Below, piece by piece: positions 16,420-31,075 of a stretch of DNA of 64,000 nucleotides. This stretch comes from Chrysomallon squamiferum. Lineage: Eukaryota > Animalia > Mollusca. How positions within the stretch are numbered: position 1 is the stretch's first letter; each line of letters opens with the position of its first letter. The position numbers and the translations under genes are program-made. Under the pieces are notes generated by a model. The model made no database searches, was not told the origin of the DNA, and saw nothing but the letters and a program-made list of their open reading frames with translations. The stretch is from the NCBI GenBank assembly GCA_012295275.1, contig CM022677.1, positions 18,600,001 to 18,664,000 on the forward strand, given 5' to 3'.

Positions 16420-16860
16420 GTTAAGAAGGCGAAGAATAAAGTTCGTGAGATTGCGCAGATGAATAAACAACTAATAAAGACGAGATTAAACTCTGACGTA
16501 TATTTACAGTCTCCCTCAGCGAATGACGTAACGACTGAAACAATGTATCACATGTTAGCTAGGTGACGTATGACAGCGATATCTTGAAAAATCTTGTATC
16601 GAGAGAACAATAGTTTCAATTGTGTTCTTAATTACTCAGTCTGCCGTAACTTTTTGAGGTATTTGGTTCTTCGAGTTACAAATACTTAGTAGGCTTTGTA
16701 CAAGTATGTAGATGTTTGTGTGAGTATATGAGTAAAGATACAATCTTCAATATAGCGTGTACATTAGGAATGAAAAATAGCTCTATTGCTGTCAGGCAGA
16801 ATATCAAACAACACAACCAGTTGAAGACAACACTACAACGATCTAAAAGCAATTCGTCAA
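16420..16860. repeat. ~450-bp locally repeated segment of unknown origin
   Basis: Homologs at ~17960-18170 (diverged), 19895-20190, 35670-36380 (internally duplicated), 51515-51975 and 61935-62285. Confidence 0.8.
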
Positions 16861-17612
16861 AAAAAAAAAAAGACAAAAGAAAAGAAAGTTTTAATTTTAA
16901 TTTTTTTTCCTATTATTAGTTATTATTTGTATTTATTTTCGATTATTAGCTATTATTTTTATTTTCTTTCTATTATAAGTTATTACTTTTATTTATTTTC
17001 GATTATTTAGTATAATTAGCTCGTAGATTAAATACTTTGAGAAATAATTGTTGTTCTTGTAAACCTTCATTGTCATAAGGAAACAAAATGGTCATTTGTT
17101 TCGGCTGTACTACTTTCTGTGTTTGTTGTATTGTCTTTCGTTCATTTATTCGTTTTTTTTAAATGTATTCTCTATTTTGGTTTGATAATGTTTTGTGAAA
17201 ATATCTCGTACACGCACCATCTATCTATACATCCCATATGTAATCACGCACTGATTCGCACATACAGACACATAGACACACAGACACACAAACACATAGA
17301 CACAGACACACAGGCACACAGACACACAGACACATAGGCACACAGATACACAGGAACACAGACACACAGACACACACAAGGAAATAAGAAAACGACGCAG
17401 TATCTTTTGAACAATTCTAAATTGTTAATTACATTGGTAAAAATAATCTTTTATCTTTTTTCTTTTATTGTTTCTTCAAACATATATTAAGTATAAGAAA
17501 TAAATAAATAAATAATAAATAAATAAACAAATCAATAAATAAATAAGAATAGAACAGTATAGAATATTTGCCCCTTTGATATTAAATAAAAGGAGAACGT
17601 GTGTAATGTCTA

Positions 17613-17776
17613 TTTTATTTCTATTATCGTGATATCATATATGTATATAAAACACGATCTCCTGTGTTTTATTTTTATTATCGTGGTATCATATATGTGT
17701 ATAAAACACGATCTCCTGTGTTTTATTTTTATTATCGTGATATCATATATGTATATAAAACACGATCTCCTGTGTT
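17613..17776. repeat. 54-bp tandem triplication
   Basis: AACACGATCT at 17651, 17705 and 17759; single-copy in homologous segments near 24550 and 39930. Confidence 0.9.
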
Positions 17777-18222
17777 TGAAAGGTAAATTATCTCTGTCAT
17801 GCGTCTGACTTCGCGATTAAAAGGAAACATTCTATTTATAGATTGAAATAAATTTTTCAAACGGGTACCATGCTCGGGTAATGTGAGACAACAAATTACA
17901 CGTAATAAATCATTTGATATACACGCTACAACAGGACAATGATTTAAACAATAGTTAAGAAGGAGATGACTAAATCTTGTCAGTTTTCGCAGATTAACAA
18001 ACAAAAGACAAGTTATAAAGATAAGAATAAACTCTGACATGTATTTACGAGTCTCTCTCAACGAATGTCTTGAAGAGATTAACATTTACGTCGACTGAAA
18101 CAAGATATCGCAGGATATGACAGAGATATATTGAAAAATCTTAATCGATTGAACGTAGATAACCTTGCAAGGCGTAATCTAGAAAAAAATATTCTCATAT
18201 AAATGTCATGGATAAACAGAGA

Positions 18223-18394
<172 letters not shown>

Positions 18395-18465
18395 TACTGA
18401 TTTAGTATTAAAAAAAATAAAAAAAAAAACCAACCTTACTTATTATTGTTTTCGAAGAAATACAG

Positions 18466-18509
<44 letters not shown>

Positions 18510-19390
18510 TTTTCCATATAAATCAGTAATGATCCGCCATATTACTCTATTATTAGAGTCGTCAGAAAACATCAAAGGAACAATCACAGTTCGCAGTTTC
18601 AGTGAACTGGCACGAAAAAAAATGGGTCAAGTCTTACTGCCACACGTAAACACGCGAAAATAAATAAATAAACATATATATATTTAATTGGTCAGAAAAT
18701 AAAATAATCAAAACGAAAAAAAAATACGTATTAGTGATTTTTAATAAATTTTATATCTAAATCTTCAGTTCGAACCTAAATTAATGAATAAATAAATGTA
18801 AAAAAATAATAATATGAATAAATAAAATTTTAAAAATAGATAATAATTTTTAAAAACAAGAATTGTAAATGGGATACAAATTTATGAAATAAATATAAAG
18901 GCATTTTAAAAAATAAATAAATAAATAAATAAAAAAAAGGAGAAGAACAAAAAATCTGGACTATTCTTTCTTGGTTCAGCTATCTGAATCAAACATTTCC
19001 CCACTGAACATTAAAGTACGCCTTTCTTGGACACACAAGGCAACAAAATATTATGTATGTGAAATACAACAACGAGGAGAACCAAAAGAACAACAAAAAA
19101 ACAACAACAAAAACCTGATACAAAAACAAAAACAAAAATAATAAAGTATAAACAAACTAAATCAATACTAGAAAATCTCACAATTTTCATGTTTACGACG
19201 CTCTTCATTTTCATTTCAAGTTCATGATTAAGGTCATTTTCTTATCTACCCGTCACACACATTTTTATCTATGTATGTTGTCTGCAACAACGAAACCATG
19301 GAAACAAGAATAAACTGGGTCAGGTGTAGAAAGATATCTCTGAGATATATTTGTTAAAGTGTATCTTAAAATTAATTATTATCAATGTTA

Positions 19391-19680
19391 TTACTCCCAC
19401 TTACCAAGGCGCGTTGTTTGAACTGAAAGCAGACGACAGTATTGAACTGCGCATGCACAACATTAAAAATCTTCAAAATAACAAGAACAAACAGAACTTC
19501 GGAATGTATTGCTTTCAGTAATTTTCTATAACTAACAAGAGGAAATATCGTGATTTAATAAAAGAAAAAGATTAAACACGAAACACAAACTTACAGATCA
19601 CAGACATAACTTTCATTTACAGAACTGTGATCTCTTGTACATTTTTTCTATAATAATAATAGTAGCAGTAGTAGTAGTAG
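19391..19680 (+). pseudogene. 5'-truncated remnant of a fifth TNF-ligand copy (end of exon 4 plus start of 3' UTR)
   Basis: 19391-19521 translates TPTYQGALFELKADDSIELRMHNIKNLQNNKNKQNFGMYCFQ*, followed by sequence matching the paralog 3' UTRs. No upstream exons are present. Confidence 0.9.
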
Positions 19681-20599
19681 TAGTAGTTGTAATAACAATG
19701 TAATTAGTTCTAGTTAACAGAAATGATACAAATAATTACAGACAGATTAGAAAGGGATTAGTGTGCCAGTGGTCCAAGTTGAGAAATAGATACACATCAA
19801 TTCACACCTCTTAATCTGGTGTTAGCTACAGGTTCATGTTTTTCTATAAAATACAACAGAACCCATGCTGAAGTTAAGTGCTGAAGTTAATAATGTTCGT
19901 GAGACTGCGCAGATTAACAAACAACTAATAAAGACGAGATTAAACTCTGACGTATAGTTACAGTCTCCCTCAGCGAATGACGTAACGACATTATAATTTT
20001 CAACGACTGAAACAATGTATCACAGGTTAGCTAGGTGACGTATGACAGCGATATCTTCAAAAGCCTTGTATCGAGAGAACAATAGTTTTAATTGTGTTCT
20101 TAATTACTCAGTCTGCCGCAACAAGAGGTATTTCGTTCTCTGATTTACAAATACTTAGTAGGCTTTGCACAAGTATGCAGGTGTTTGTGTGATTATTACC
20201 TATTATTTTATTTATTTTCTTTTATTAGCTATTATTTTATTTGCTTTCTATTGTTAGTTATTATTTTTATTTGTTTTCTATTATTAATTATTATTTATAT
20301 TTATTTTCGACTATTAAGTCTAATTAGCTCGTACATTAAAGATTTTGAGAAATAATTGTTGTTCTTCTAAAACCTTTATTGTGATAACGAAACAAAATGG
20401 TCATTTGTTTTGGCTGTACTACTTTCTGTGTTTGTAATTTTGTCTTTCGTTCATTTATTCGTTCTTTGTTTCATTTATTTAATTTCATTTTTCCAATAGT
20501 AATATATAAAAAGATAAGCTAATAGGAAAACATATTTCTTAGCTATTTCTTGTTTCTGTCATTTTCTTCAGTATCGTTGACTTCTCCTTAATTCTCTGA

Positions 20600-20634
20600 A
20601 TGTTTCTCTCTCTCTCTGTCTCTCTGTCTGTCTG

Positions 20635-20701
<67 letters not shown>

Positions 20702-22160
20702 CTTTTTCTGTCTCTCTCTGTCTTCTTTTTCTGTCTCTCTCAGTGTCTTTCTTTTTCTTTTCTCTCTCTCAGTGTCTTTTTTCTTCTCTCTCTTTCTTTC
20801 TTTCTCTCAGTGTCTTTCTCTCTCTCTCTCTTTCTTTCTTTTCTCTCTCTCTCAGTGTCTTTCTTTTTTCTGTCTCTCTCAGTGTCTTTCTTTTTCTGTC
20901 TCTCTCAGTGTCTTTCTTTTTCTCTCTCTCTCAGTGTCTTTCTTTTTCTCTCTCTCTCTGTCTTCTTTTTCTTTCTCTCTCTCAGTGTCTTTCTTTTTCT
21001 CTCTCTCTCTTTGTCTTTCTTTTCTCTCTCTTTTTCTTTTTCTGTCTCTCTCAGTGTCTTTCTTTTTTTCTCTCTGTGTCTTTTTCTCTCAGTGTCTTTT
21101 TTTTCTCTCTCTCTCAGTGTCTTTCTTTTCTCTCTCTGTCTTCTTTTTCTGTCTCTCTCAGTGTCTTTCTTTTCTTTTCTCTCTCTCTGTGTCTTTCTTT
21201 TTCTGTCTCTCTCAGTGTCTTTCTTTTTTTCTGTCTCTCTTTCTTTCTTTTCTTTTTCTGTCTCTCTCTCTGTCTTTTTTTTTTCTTTCTCTCTCTCTTT
21301 TCTTTCTTTTCTGTCTCTCTCAGTGTCTTTCTTTTTCTCTCTCTCTCAGTGTCTTTCTTTTTTCTTTTCTCTCTCTCTGTGTCTTTTTTTTTTCTGTCTC
21401 TCTGTGTCTTTCTTTTCTCTCTCTCTCTCTCTGTCTTTCTTTTTCTGTCTCTCTCTGTGTCTTTCTTTTTTCTCTCTCTCTCTGTCTTTTCTTTTTCTCT
21501 CTCTCTCTCTGTGTCTTTCTTTTCTGTCTCTCTCTCTGTCTTTTTCTTTTCTCTCTCTCTAGTGTCTTTCTTTTTCTGTCTCTCTCTGTGTCTTTCTTTT
21601 TCTCTTTTTTCTGTGTCTTTTTTCTGTCTCTCTGTGTCTTTCTTTTTCTCTCTCTCTCTCTCTCTTTTTTTTTCTGTCTCTTTGTCTTTCTTTTCTGTCT
21701 CTCTCTCTGTGTCTTTCTTTTTCTGTCTCTCTCTGTGTCTTTCTTTTTCTGTCTCTCTCAGTGTCTTTCTTTTTCTGTCTCTCTCTGTGTCTTTCTTTTT
21801 CTGTCTCTCTCAGTGTCTTTCTTTTTCTCTCTCTTCTCTTTCTTTTTTTCTGTCTCTCTCAGTGTCTTTCTTTTTCTGTCTCTCTCTGTGTCTTTCTTTT
21901 TCTGTCTCTCTCTGTGTCTTTCTTTTTCTGTCTCTCTCAGTGTCTTTCTTTTTCTGTCTCTCTCAGTGTCTTTCTTTTTCTGTCTCTCTCAGTGTCTTTC
22001 TTTTTCTGTCTCTCTCTGTGTCTTTTTTTTCTGTCTCTCTCAGTGTCTTTCTTTTTCTCTCTCTCTCTTTCTTTTTTCTTTCTTTTTTTTTTTTCTGTCT
22101 CTCTCAGTGTCTTTCTTTTTCTGTCTCTCTCAGTGTCTTTCTCTTTTCTGTCTCTCTCAG
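20600..22160. repeat. 26-bp pyrimidine-rich minisatellite (degenerate)
   Basis: Consensus GTCTTTCTTTTTCTGTCTCTCTCAGT. Confidence 0.9.
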
Positions 22161-22399
22161 TCTATCTGTCCGGGTCTGTACTTCTGTCTGAAAATCTCTC
22201 GGCTGTTTTACAGCCGCTGTTAATTCATTTTTTATCATTTGCTGATTCCTTTCAACTCTTTTGTAAGTTACACGAATATTTATTATTTCTGGTCATAATA
22301 CCAATCGCAGTTCCAAAAATAAGTTGTTCTTTTTGTTGTTTTTTTCAAAGCTGTATTCTCCATTTTGGTATGATAATGTTTTCTGAAAATATCTCGCAT

Positions 22400-24205
22400 A
22401 CGCACATACAGACAAATAGACACACAGACACACAGACACACAGAACACAGACACATAGCCACACAGATACACAGTAACACAGACACATAGACACACAGAC
22501 ATATAGACACACAGATACACAGAAACAAAGACACATAGACACACAGGCACACAGACACACAGACATACACACACACACACACATAGACGCACAGCCACCC
22601 AGACACATAGACACACAGATACAGAGATACGTAGAAACTTAGACGCACAGATACAGAGATACGTAGAAACTTAGACGCACAGATACAGAGATACGTAGAA
22701 CCTCAGACGCACAGATACAGAGATACGTAGAAACTTAGACGCACAGACACACAGATACACATACACATAGACACACAGACACACATCAATCCTTATACAC
22801 AGACACACAGACACATATACACACATACACAGATACACCCAGACACAGCTACACAGATACACACAGACACACATACACCCAGACACACATACAGAGACAC
22901 ATAGACACAGAGACACATAGACACACAGACACACAGCCACCCAGATACACAGACACATACACACACAGACACATAGACACATAGACACACATACACATAG
23001 ACAGAGACACACACACACATAGACACACATACACATAGACAGAGATACACAGTAGCACAGACACATAGACACACAGACACATAGATACGTAGATACACAG
23101 ATACACAGACACATAGACACACAGACACATAGGGACATAGATACACAGACGCATAGACTCACAGATACACAGACACATAGACACACAGGCACACAAATAC
23201 GTAGACACACAGACACACAGACCCATGGAAACACAGGCACACAGACAAACACAGACACACACATGGCACACAAACACATAGACACATAGACACATAGACA
23301 AACACATACACACACAGACACACAGACACACGGATACACGTAGACACACGGAAACACAGGCACACAGAGACACAGAGATATACATAGACACATAGACATA
23401 CAGATACAGAGATACGCACATAGACACACAGGATATACAGGCACACATAGACACATAGGCACATAGACACAGAGATATACAGTCGCATAGACACATAGAC
23501 ACACAGATACAGAGATACGTAGATACAGACACACGGAAACACAGACACACGGAAACACAGGCACATAGACACATAGGCACATAGACACAGAGATATACAG
23601 CCGCATAGACACATAGACACATAGATACACAGAAACACAGACACACAGACACACGGATACAGTGATACGTAGATACAGACACACGGAAACACAGGCACAT
23701 AGACACATAGGCACATAGACACAGAGATATACAGCCGCATAGACACATAGACACACAGATACAGAGATACGTAGATACAGACACACGGAAACACAGGCAC
23801 ACAGACACATAGAAACACAGGCACATAGACACATAGGCACATAGATACAGAGATATAGATACAGACACACGGAAACATAGGCACACACATAGGCACATAG
23901 ACACACATATACACAGACACACAGACACACACAGATACAGAGATACGTAGATACAGACACACGGAAACACAGATACACGGAAACACAGGCACATAGACAC
24001 ATAGGCACATAGACACAGAGATATACAGCCGGATAGACACATAGACACACAGATACAGAGATACGTAGATACAGACACACGGAAACACAGGCACACAGAC
24101 ACATAGGCACATAGACACAGAGATATACAGCCGCATAGACACATAGACACACAGATATAGCGATACGTAGATACAGATACACAGAAACACAGACACACAG
24201 ACACC
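22400..24205. repeat. Compound ACACAG/ACATAG low-complexity repeat
   Basis: Directly visible; shorter homologs at ~17260-17380 and ~58245-58330. Confidence 0.9.
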
Positions 24206-24327
24206 CACAAGAAAATAAGAAAACGACACAGTATCTTTTGAACAATTCTAAATTGTTAACTACATTGGTGAAAATAATCTTTTATCTTTTTTCATTTATT
24301 GTTTCTTCAAGCATATATTAAATATAA

Positions 24328-24386
<59 letters not shown>

Positions 24387-24891
24387 ACAAATAAATAAAT
24401 AAATAATAAATAAACAAATAGATAAAAAATACAAAATAAATAAGAATATAACAGTATAGAATACTTGCCACTTTGATATTAAATAAAAGGAGAACGTGTT
24501 TAAAGTCTGTTTTATTTTTATTATCTTATTATCATATATGTGTATAAAACACGATCTCCTGTGTTTGAAATGTAAATTATCAGTGTCATGCGTGTCACTT
24601 CGAGATTCAAAAAAAAATTCTATTTATAGATTAAAATAAAGTTTTCAAACGGGTACCATGCTCGGGTAATGTGAGACAACAAATTACTAAAGATACGTTC
24701 ACTCAAAATAATACATATTAACTCTTTTTTAATATATATTTATTATTACAATAAGATGATTAAAATGCATAAACTAGTGTGTTTTCCCCTTTACCAGCAT
24801 CGTAACATTGTTACCAATCTTCATTTATTAAATAAATTATTAAAATACGAGAGTATAAAATAATTATAATATATTATCCACTATAAATATG

Positions 24892-24940
<49 letters not shown>

Positions 24941-25301
24941 ATATAGTTGACTTTGCAGTATTTTTTCAAATGTTGATGTGAAATAGCGGTGATACTGAAA
25001 TCGTTATTATAATTGTATTAGTCTCATTGAATATTGCTTCAGTTATATATTAAACCGGTTTGGAAAGAGATCAGGCGGGATAACCAGTCTTTTTCTTTTG
25101 CTTAACGTTTTCTAACAGAGTTACTTCCCATGCCGCAAACTCGAGAAAAAATTGAAATAGTGTTGACAATTGTTACGTTTGTTTAAAAAATACTGGATTA
25201 TACGTACATTAAAAATACACGTACAACACACAGAAACAGTTTATTTATTTGTTTAGTATTTGACACAGAGTTGTTATTATATACATAAATCTTAATTATT
25301 A

Positions 25302-25339
<38 letters not shown>

Positions 25340-25639
25340 GTTGTTGTTGTTGTTGTTGTTGTTGTTATTTTTTTATTAATTATATGTAAACATATATAAA
25401 TCAAGCGTGTCAAAAATGAAAACATATCAGGTGAATAATCCTTTTCATTAATGTTGCTGTTACTCGACGAACAAATGAAATAATAACTTTAAAAAAATTA
25501 ATTTCATTTTTTCTTTTTATTTCTCTCTTTCTGACTTTCTGTTTTGTGTGTGTCTGTGCTTGAGTGTGCCTGTGTGTGTGTTCGCTATCGCGCGCGCGTA
25601 TGTGTGTGTATGTGTGTGCATCTTTTTCCCTTTTCTCTC

Positions 25640-26350
25640 TATCCTAACTTAACCGTATCGTGACGTCATATATTCCATAACTTTGCTGAGACAAACTCCG
25701 GAACCTTTATCTTTAACATCAACCGACTTTCCTTTCTTGACGTCAAACTTTTCCACAAATGTCAAATCAAAATACTTGAGTAAACGACTATGGGAAAAAA
25801 ACTGGAGGCTTCTTGTTATTCATCTGTGCGATTCCTAACAATCCCACATACTCAAACATGCATCTTTCCATTCTTCTCTTGTCCTGAATCTTAACTTTTC
25901 AGTTTCCATCTAACGTACAAGTTAAATGTTTTTCTTCGTTTGTACGCCGCGTTGTAAGTATAATTACCCAGAAGGTCAAGATTTCCGTCCACTCGCCAGT
26001 TTTCAACTGAACTGGCTTCTCTTGTGTTACTATAAGATGCAGTCGTAGTTGCAGAACTCAGAATAACGTCTTTTCTTGTTACCAGATGTACTTTATTGTT
26101 AGAGTTATCTGCCGCTGTACGACTTGAATGATGATGATAAGTCATTCCACGCCATCTTAAACACGAACAGCTAAGTTTTCTAAAATACGTTTTCACACTG
26201 TTTTCGTCGTATAAATACATTTTAATTAGAATTACTGGAATGGCGATCAGAATAAATATCCAGACAGAAATTTTATTTATCCATATTTTAATAATGTGCT
26301 GTTGTGTTCGACGTTGATTAACGCTAAATTTGCAGTTGCAGTGTTTTTTT
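25640..26350 (-). pseudogene. alpha-1,2-fucosyltransferase (GT11) pseudogene, copy B
   Basis: Paralogous to copy A. A 17-nt deletion near 25895 relative to copy C causes a frameshift and stop, a second frameshift lies near 25795, and it shares copy A's internal deletion and 3' truncation. Confidence 0.8.
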
Positions 26351-26358
26351 TAACGTGG

Positions 26359-26457
<99 letters not shown>

Positions 26458-26846
26458 TGATTTTGTATTAATAATCTGAGTTTATCAAATACACTGATAA
26501 GATATCAAACCTTTGACAGACACACTTGAACCACAGCAAATCTCAGTAATCTATTTTTAGCAGCGTAAGCAAACTGATATCTGGGGGGGAATTAATAATA
26601 ATAAACCCTACTTATTATTACACATTTTTTTATTTCTTGATTTTATTTTATTTTATTTTATTTTATTTTATTGTATTTTACTTTTATTTTTATTTTCATT
26701 TTCATTTGATATAATTCCCACGTTGACGTGTCCCAAGGTCTCACTAAATGAACAGTGATCCGCCATTTTACTCTGTTACAGGAATCACACCAACACGTGC
26801 ACCAGGTCGCCTCCAAGAACCACATGAGTCGCCCGCAGAGCTGTTC

Positions 26847-27636
26847 CTGAAACATTTAAACAACTACTGAGATAAACAGAATCAGAGTTTGAATACTGAT
26901 CTTATCTGTATCCGACTTTGTTATTCTGAAACATTTAAACAACTACTGAGAGAAACAGAATCAAAGTTTGAATACTGATCTTATCTGTATCCGACTTTGT
27001 TATTCTGAAACATTTAAACCACTACTGAGATAAACAGAATCAAAGTTTGAATACTGATCTTATCTGTATCTGACTTTGTTATTCTGAAACATTTAAACAA
27101 CTACTGAGATAAACAGAATCAAAGTTTGAATACTGATCTTATCTGTATCTGACTTTGTTATTCTGAAACATTTAAACAACTACTGAGATAAACAGAATAA
27201 AAGTTTGAATACTGATCTTATCTGTATCAGACTTTGTTATTCTGAAACATTTAAACAACTACTGAGATAAACAGAATCAAAGTTTGAATACTGATCTTAT
27301 CTGTGTCCTACTTTGTTATTCTGAAACATTTAAACAACTACTGAGATAAACAGAATCAAAGTTTGATTACTGATGTTATCTGTATCCCACTTTGTTATCC
27401 TGAAACATTTAAACAACTACTGAGATAAACAGAATCAAAGTTTGAATACTGATCTTATCTGTATCCGACTTTGTTATTCTGAAACATTTAAACAACTACT
27501 GAGATAAACAGAATCAAAGTTTGAATACTGATCTTATCTGTATCCGACTTTGTTATTCTGAAACATTTAAACAACTACTGAGATAAACAGAATCAAAGTT
27601 TGAATACTGATGTTATCTGTATCTGACCTTGTTATT
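26847..27636. repeat. 79-bp minisatellite, 10 copies
   Basis: Unit CTGAAACATTTAAACAACTACTGAGATAAACAGAATCAAAGTTTGAATACTGATCTTATCTGTATCCGACTTTGTTATT starts at 26847, 26926, 27005 ... 27558. Confidence 0.95.
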
Positions 27637-28127
27637 CAAAAAAATCCTAAACGTAATCAAAGTCATCACATAGATGGGTATTTTTAATAATAATATACAA
27701 CGAAAGATAAACTGAGCAAAGTTTTTTATTTCAGAAGAGTGTAACAAACTGATAGCCCTTAACTCTGTACCTGTCAAGTAGCTCCCATGTTGAAAAGGCT
27801 TGGTGACCCTGATCTATTATTAGTCACACAGGAAATCCCCAGCAGGAAAGAAAAGAAAAAAGTAATAAAAATGATTTCATTTGTACGACTTTCTATTAGT
27901 CAGAAAACAGTCGCAAGGAAAAAGCAAAGCAATAATCACAGTTCGTAGTTTCAAAGAAATGAAAAAGTCAACAGAGGTATTTCACATTCCACTGCGCATG
28001 TGCCAGTTGCTTGGATAAGTCGAGAGATCTCGCCGAAACAGTCCTACTTGTAAACTGATAGGCAAAAGCAGCCATGACAGGCTGGATAACAGCTTTTATT
28101 TACATATATACATATATATATTATTCT

Positions 28128-28165
<38 letters not shown>

Positions 28166-28863
28166 CACAAAGAGAAAAGAATTAGATATACACGTATACA
28201 CTTATGCACACACACACATATACAGACACACATACACACACGCAGATATATATATATATATATTATTGTTATGTATATGTATATATACTGAAAACTGTGC
28301 GCTGAAATTTACGGCGGAATGGTTCAAATTAAAAAGCAGTGCAACAAGTTGGACAAAGTCTCTGCGACTCGTACGCGAGTGTTTTGATGACGTCAGATTA
28401 AAAGACTGTTTTGTAAAAAAGAACAAACAAAACATTTGACAGGGATTCCACACCACCGTTTAAAAATTTGAAAAGTTACAAATATTTCTCTGATGGATGT
28501 ATATAATTTGTTTACTGGAAACACCTGCATGCATATATATATATATATATATATAGTAAATACCCCCCACCCACGAATATGGGGGTGTATGTGTGGGTCT
28601 CAGTATATTATGTAAATATGTGTGTCTGTGTGTGTGTCTCTCTCTCTGTTTATCTAATTCGAAAGATATACAACTTATATACAAAGTTTAAAGTCTCCTA
28701 CAAAATTATTCATGTCGCACACAATAATCTGTCAGACATGCCTCTCTGTTTGTAAATAGACTAGTTTCAGTCCAGTTTGACAAAAGACGTTGCTCTTCGC
28801 TCGAAAGTGAAAAACCTCTATCAGTAATTACAGGCAATATTAAGTCTTTTGTGTCCTGGCACC

Positions 28864-29335
28864 GTATTTTATATTACAGAAAAATTATTGGATGAGTTTT
28901 GTTAGGAAAACTTGATATGAACTGGGATTTGGATACATATCGATAGAACAGAATCAGATTAATGAAAATAAAAAAAATTATTTATGCATAATTATGTAAA
29001 GAATATATGACGAAGCAAGGACGAATTTTTCATTTCAGTTAAATACATCTGTGAAATGTGACACACACTCACACACACACATACACACAGACACACATAC
29101 ACACTGACACACACACACAGACATACACGTAAATACGGTATTGAAATGTGATAAATTATATAAATACATCACAGATGGCGTAACAATTCAGTTTCCTTTA
29201 GTTAAATTTACACCAATGATTTATAAAAGATACTTAACAAAAGTGACAAATGAGCTTGGGAGATATAGGAATATTGAGAGAGCAGAAAGAATATGTTTGC
29301 TATGTAAAAGTGGTCAGATTGAAGATGAGATTGAA
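28864..29335 (+). mobile_element. Degraded LINE ORF2 3' remnant upstream of TNF copy 3
   Basis: KCDKLYKYITDGVTIQFPLVKFTPMIYKRYLTKVTNELGRYRNIERAERICLLCKSGQIEDE, interrupted by a (CA)n repeat. Confidence 0.65.
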
Positions 29336-29904
29336 AGTAAGAAATCACTGTGCAGTTTCGGAATATATTTGTTTAAAACATTTCAATATCGATTGTTAGA
29401 TATGTGCTATATTATTTATATTCTCCAAAATTTGTTTCTTTTTTAATCATACTATCACTATTTATACTTCTTACATTTTATATTGACACTGCATACGAAT
29501 AACCTGTCGAGGTTACGATAATAAAGAATTGAATTGAACCACTAATCTCTACAATGAACAGTTGTAAACAAAGCATTAAACCGACGATTGCCTGAATTGA
29601 TATCATTTTGTCATTAGGCTCAGTGTCACGTGATCTTGGGCAAACGCCTAGTTTCACATCTTGAATGTAATATATAAACTACAGTAACTATTACTGTTAC
29701 TAAAAATAACTGGCAAAATGCGAAATCTGATCCGATTCACAGGGTGCATACAGTGACTTTGACAATGACTTTCAAAATAACATTGCAGTGACATTATATG
29801 ACGTTGCAATGTCTTTGACAATGACATTGAGTTCATTCTCATTGACTACAGGACTGCAGTACAGAGAAAAATGTATTATAGATAATAATTGAGAAAGAGA
29901 GACA

Positions 29905-30012
<108 letters not shown>

Positions 30013-31075
30013 CATACATAAATACATACATGACTGTATGTCATTAGGTGTGCCCAAGGAAATAAATATATTAATTGTTAACTTTATTAAATGGTTATAA
30101 TAAAATGTTCACTCTGTAATTGCCTTCAGCTGTTTCTTTAGAAAAATAATTAAATAACAAACAGATTATAAATAACAAGAAAATGAAAATAAAATAATGA
30201 TAAGAGCATAAATAAAAATATAAATAAAAAATTCTTTTTTAGATATTTTTTTCAACTCTTGAAATCAAAATGATACTGGAATTGTTATAAAATCGTATAG
30301 ATAATTGTTATTTGTTTAAATAAAACTGGATTATACATGTCCTAAGAATACACGTATAACACACATAAAAAGTTTATTTATTAATTTAGTGTTTGGCGCA
30401 GAGTTGTCATTATAAATTTAAGTTCATCGTCATTACTATTATTATTCTTGTTGTCGTTGTTGTCGTTGTTGTTACTGCTGTTGTTGCTGTTGTTTTACTT
30501 TTTATTAGTTAATTATATATAAATGGAGTCTGCCAAAACTGAAAGGACCTCTGCTGAATCATCCTTTTTGATACTTGTTGTTTATACTACTACTACTACC
30601 ACGACGACGACGAAAACAACAACTACTACAACACCAAAAACTAAACTAAACAAAAAAATTTGACTCTGTAGGATTACATTACAAAGAAAAATGTATTGGA
30701 GATAATTAAAAATCACAGGTTGTGTATAAACAGTTCCTAAGTCGCAGTCCGCAGTTTGTATGTAAGCGACAATGATTATCAGATTGAGTTTAGATTATTT
30801 GGCCAAATGACAAGTTTGAAATATTAACTGTAGACCGCATGAAGATTAGTATGACTGTCACTGATAACTGGCAAAACGCCATGTCTCACCCCATTCACAG
30901 ATCTGATAACTGGCAAAACGCCATGTCACACCCCAATCACAGATCATATAGAACGGTGTTTCAAGTATAATCATCTCATTAGTCGGAAAACATCTTAAAA
31001 GAAACATCAAACAAACATTTCTCAGTTCGCAGTTTGTATCTGAGCAATATACAAGTCTTCTGAGATAAAAAAGAA

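Noticed and set aside
22283-24245. C/V/Y/M-rich minus-strand ORFs
   Set aside because: Translations of ACACAG/ACATAG repeats; the same applies to 39070-39679 and 62236-63757.
26847-27636. CRISPR-like regular array
   Set aside because: Contiguous near-identical 79-bp units with no unique spacers, no cas genes, and a eukaryotic context.
28270-28440. Non-repetitive ORF tail (ENCALKFTAEWF...)
   Set aside because: No recognisable family, and the ORF start lies in (TA)n sequence.
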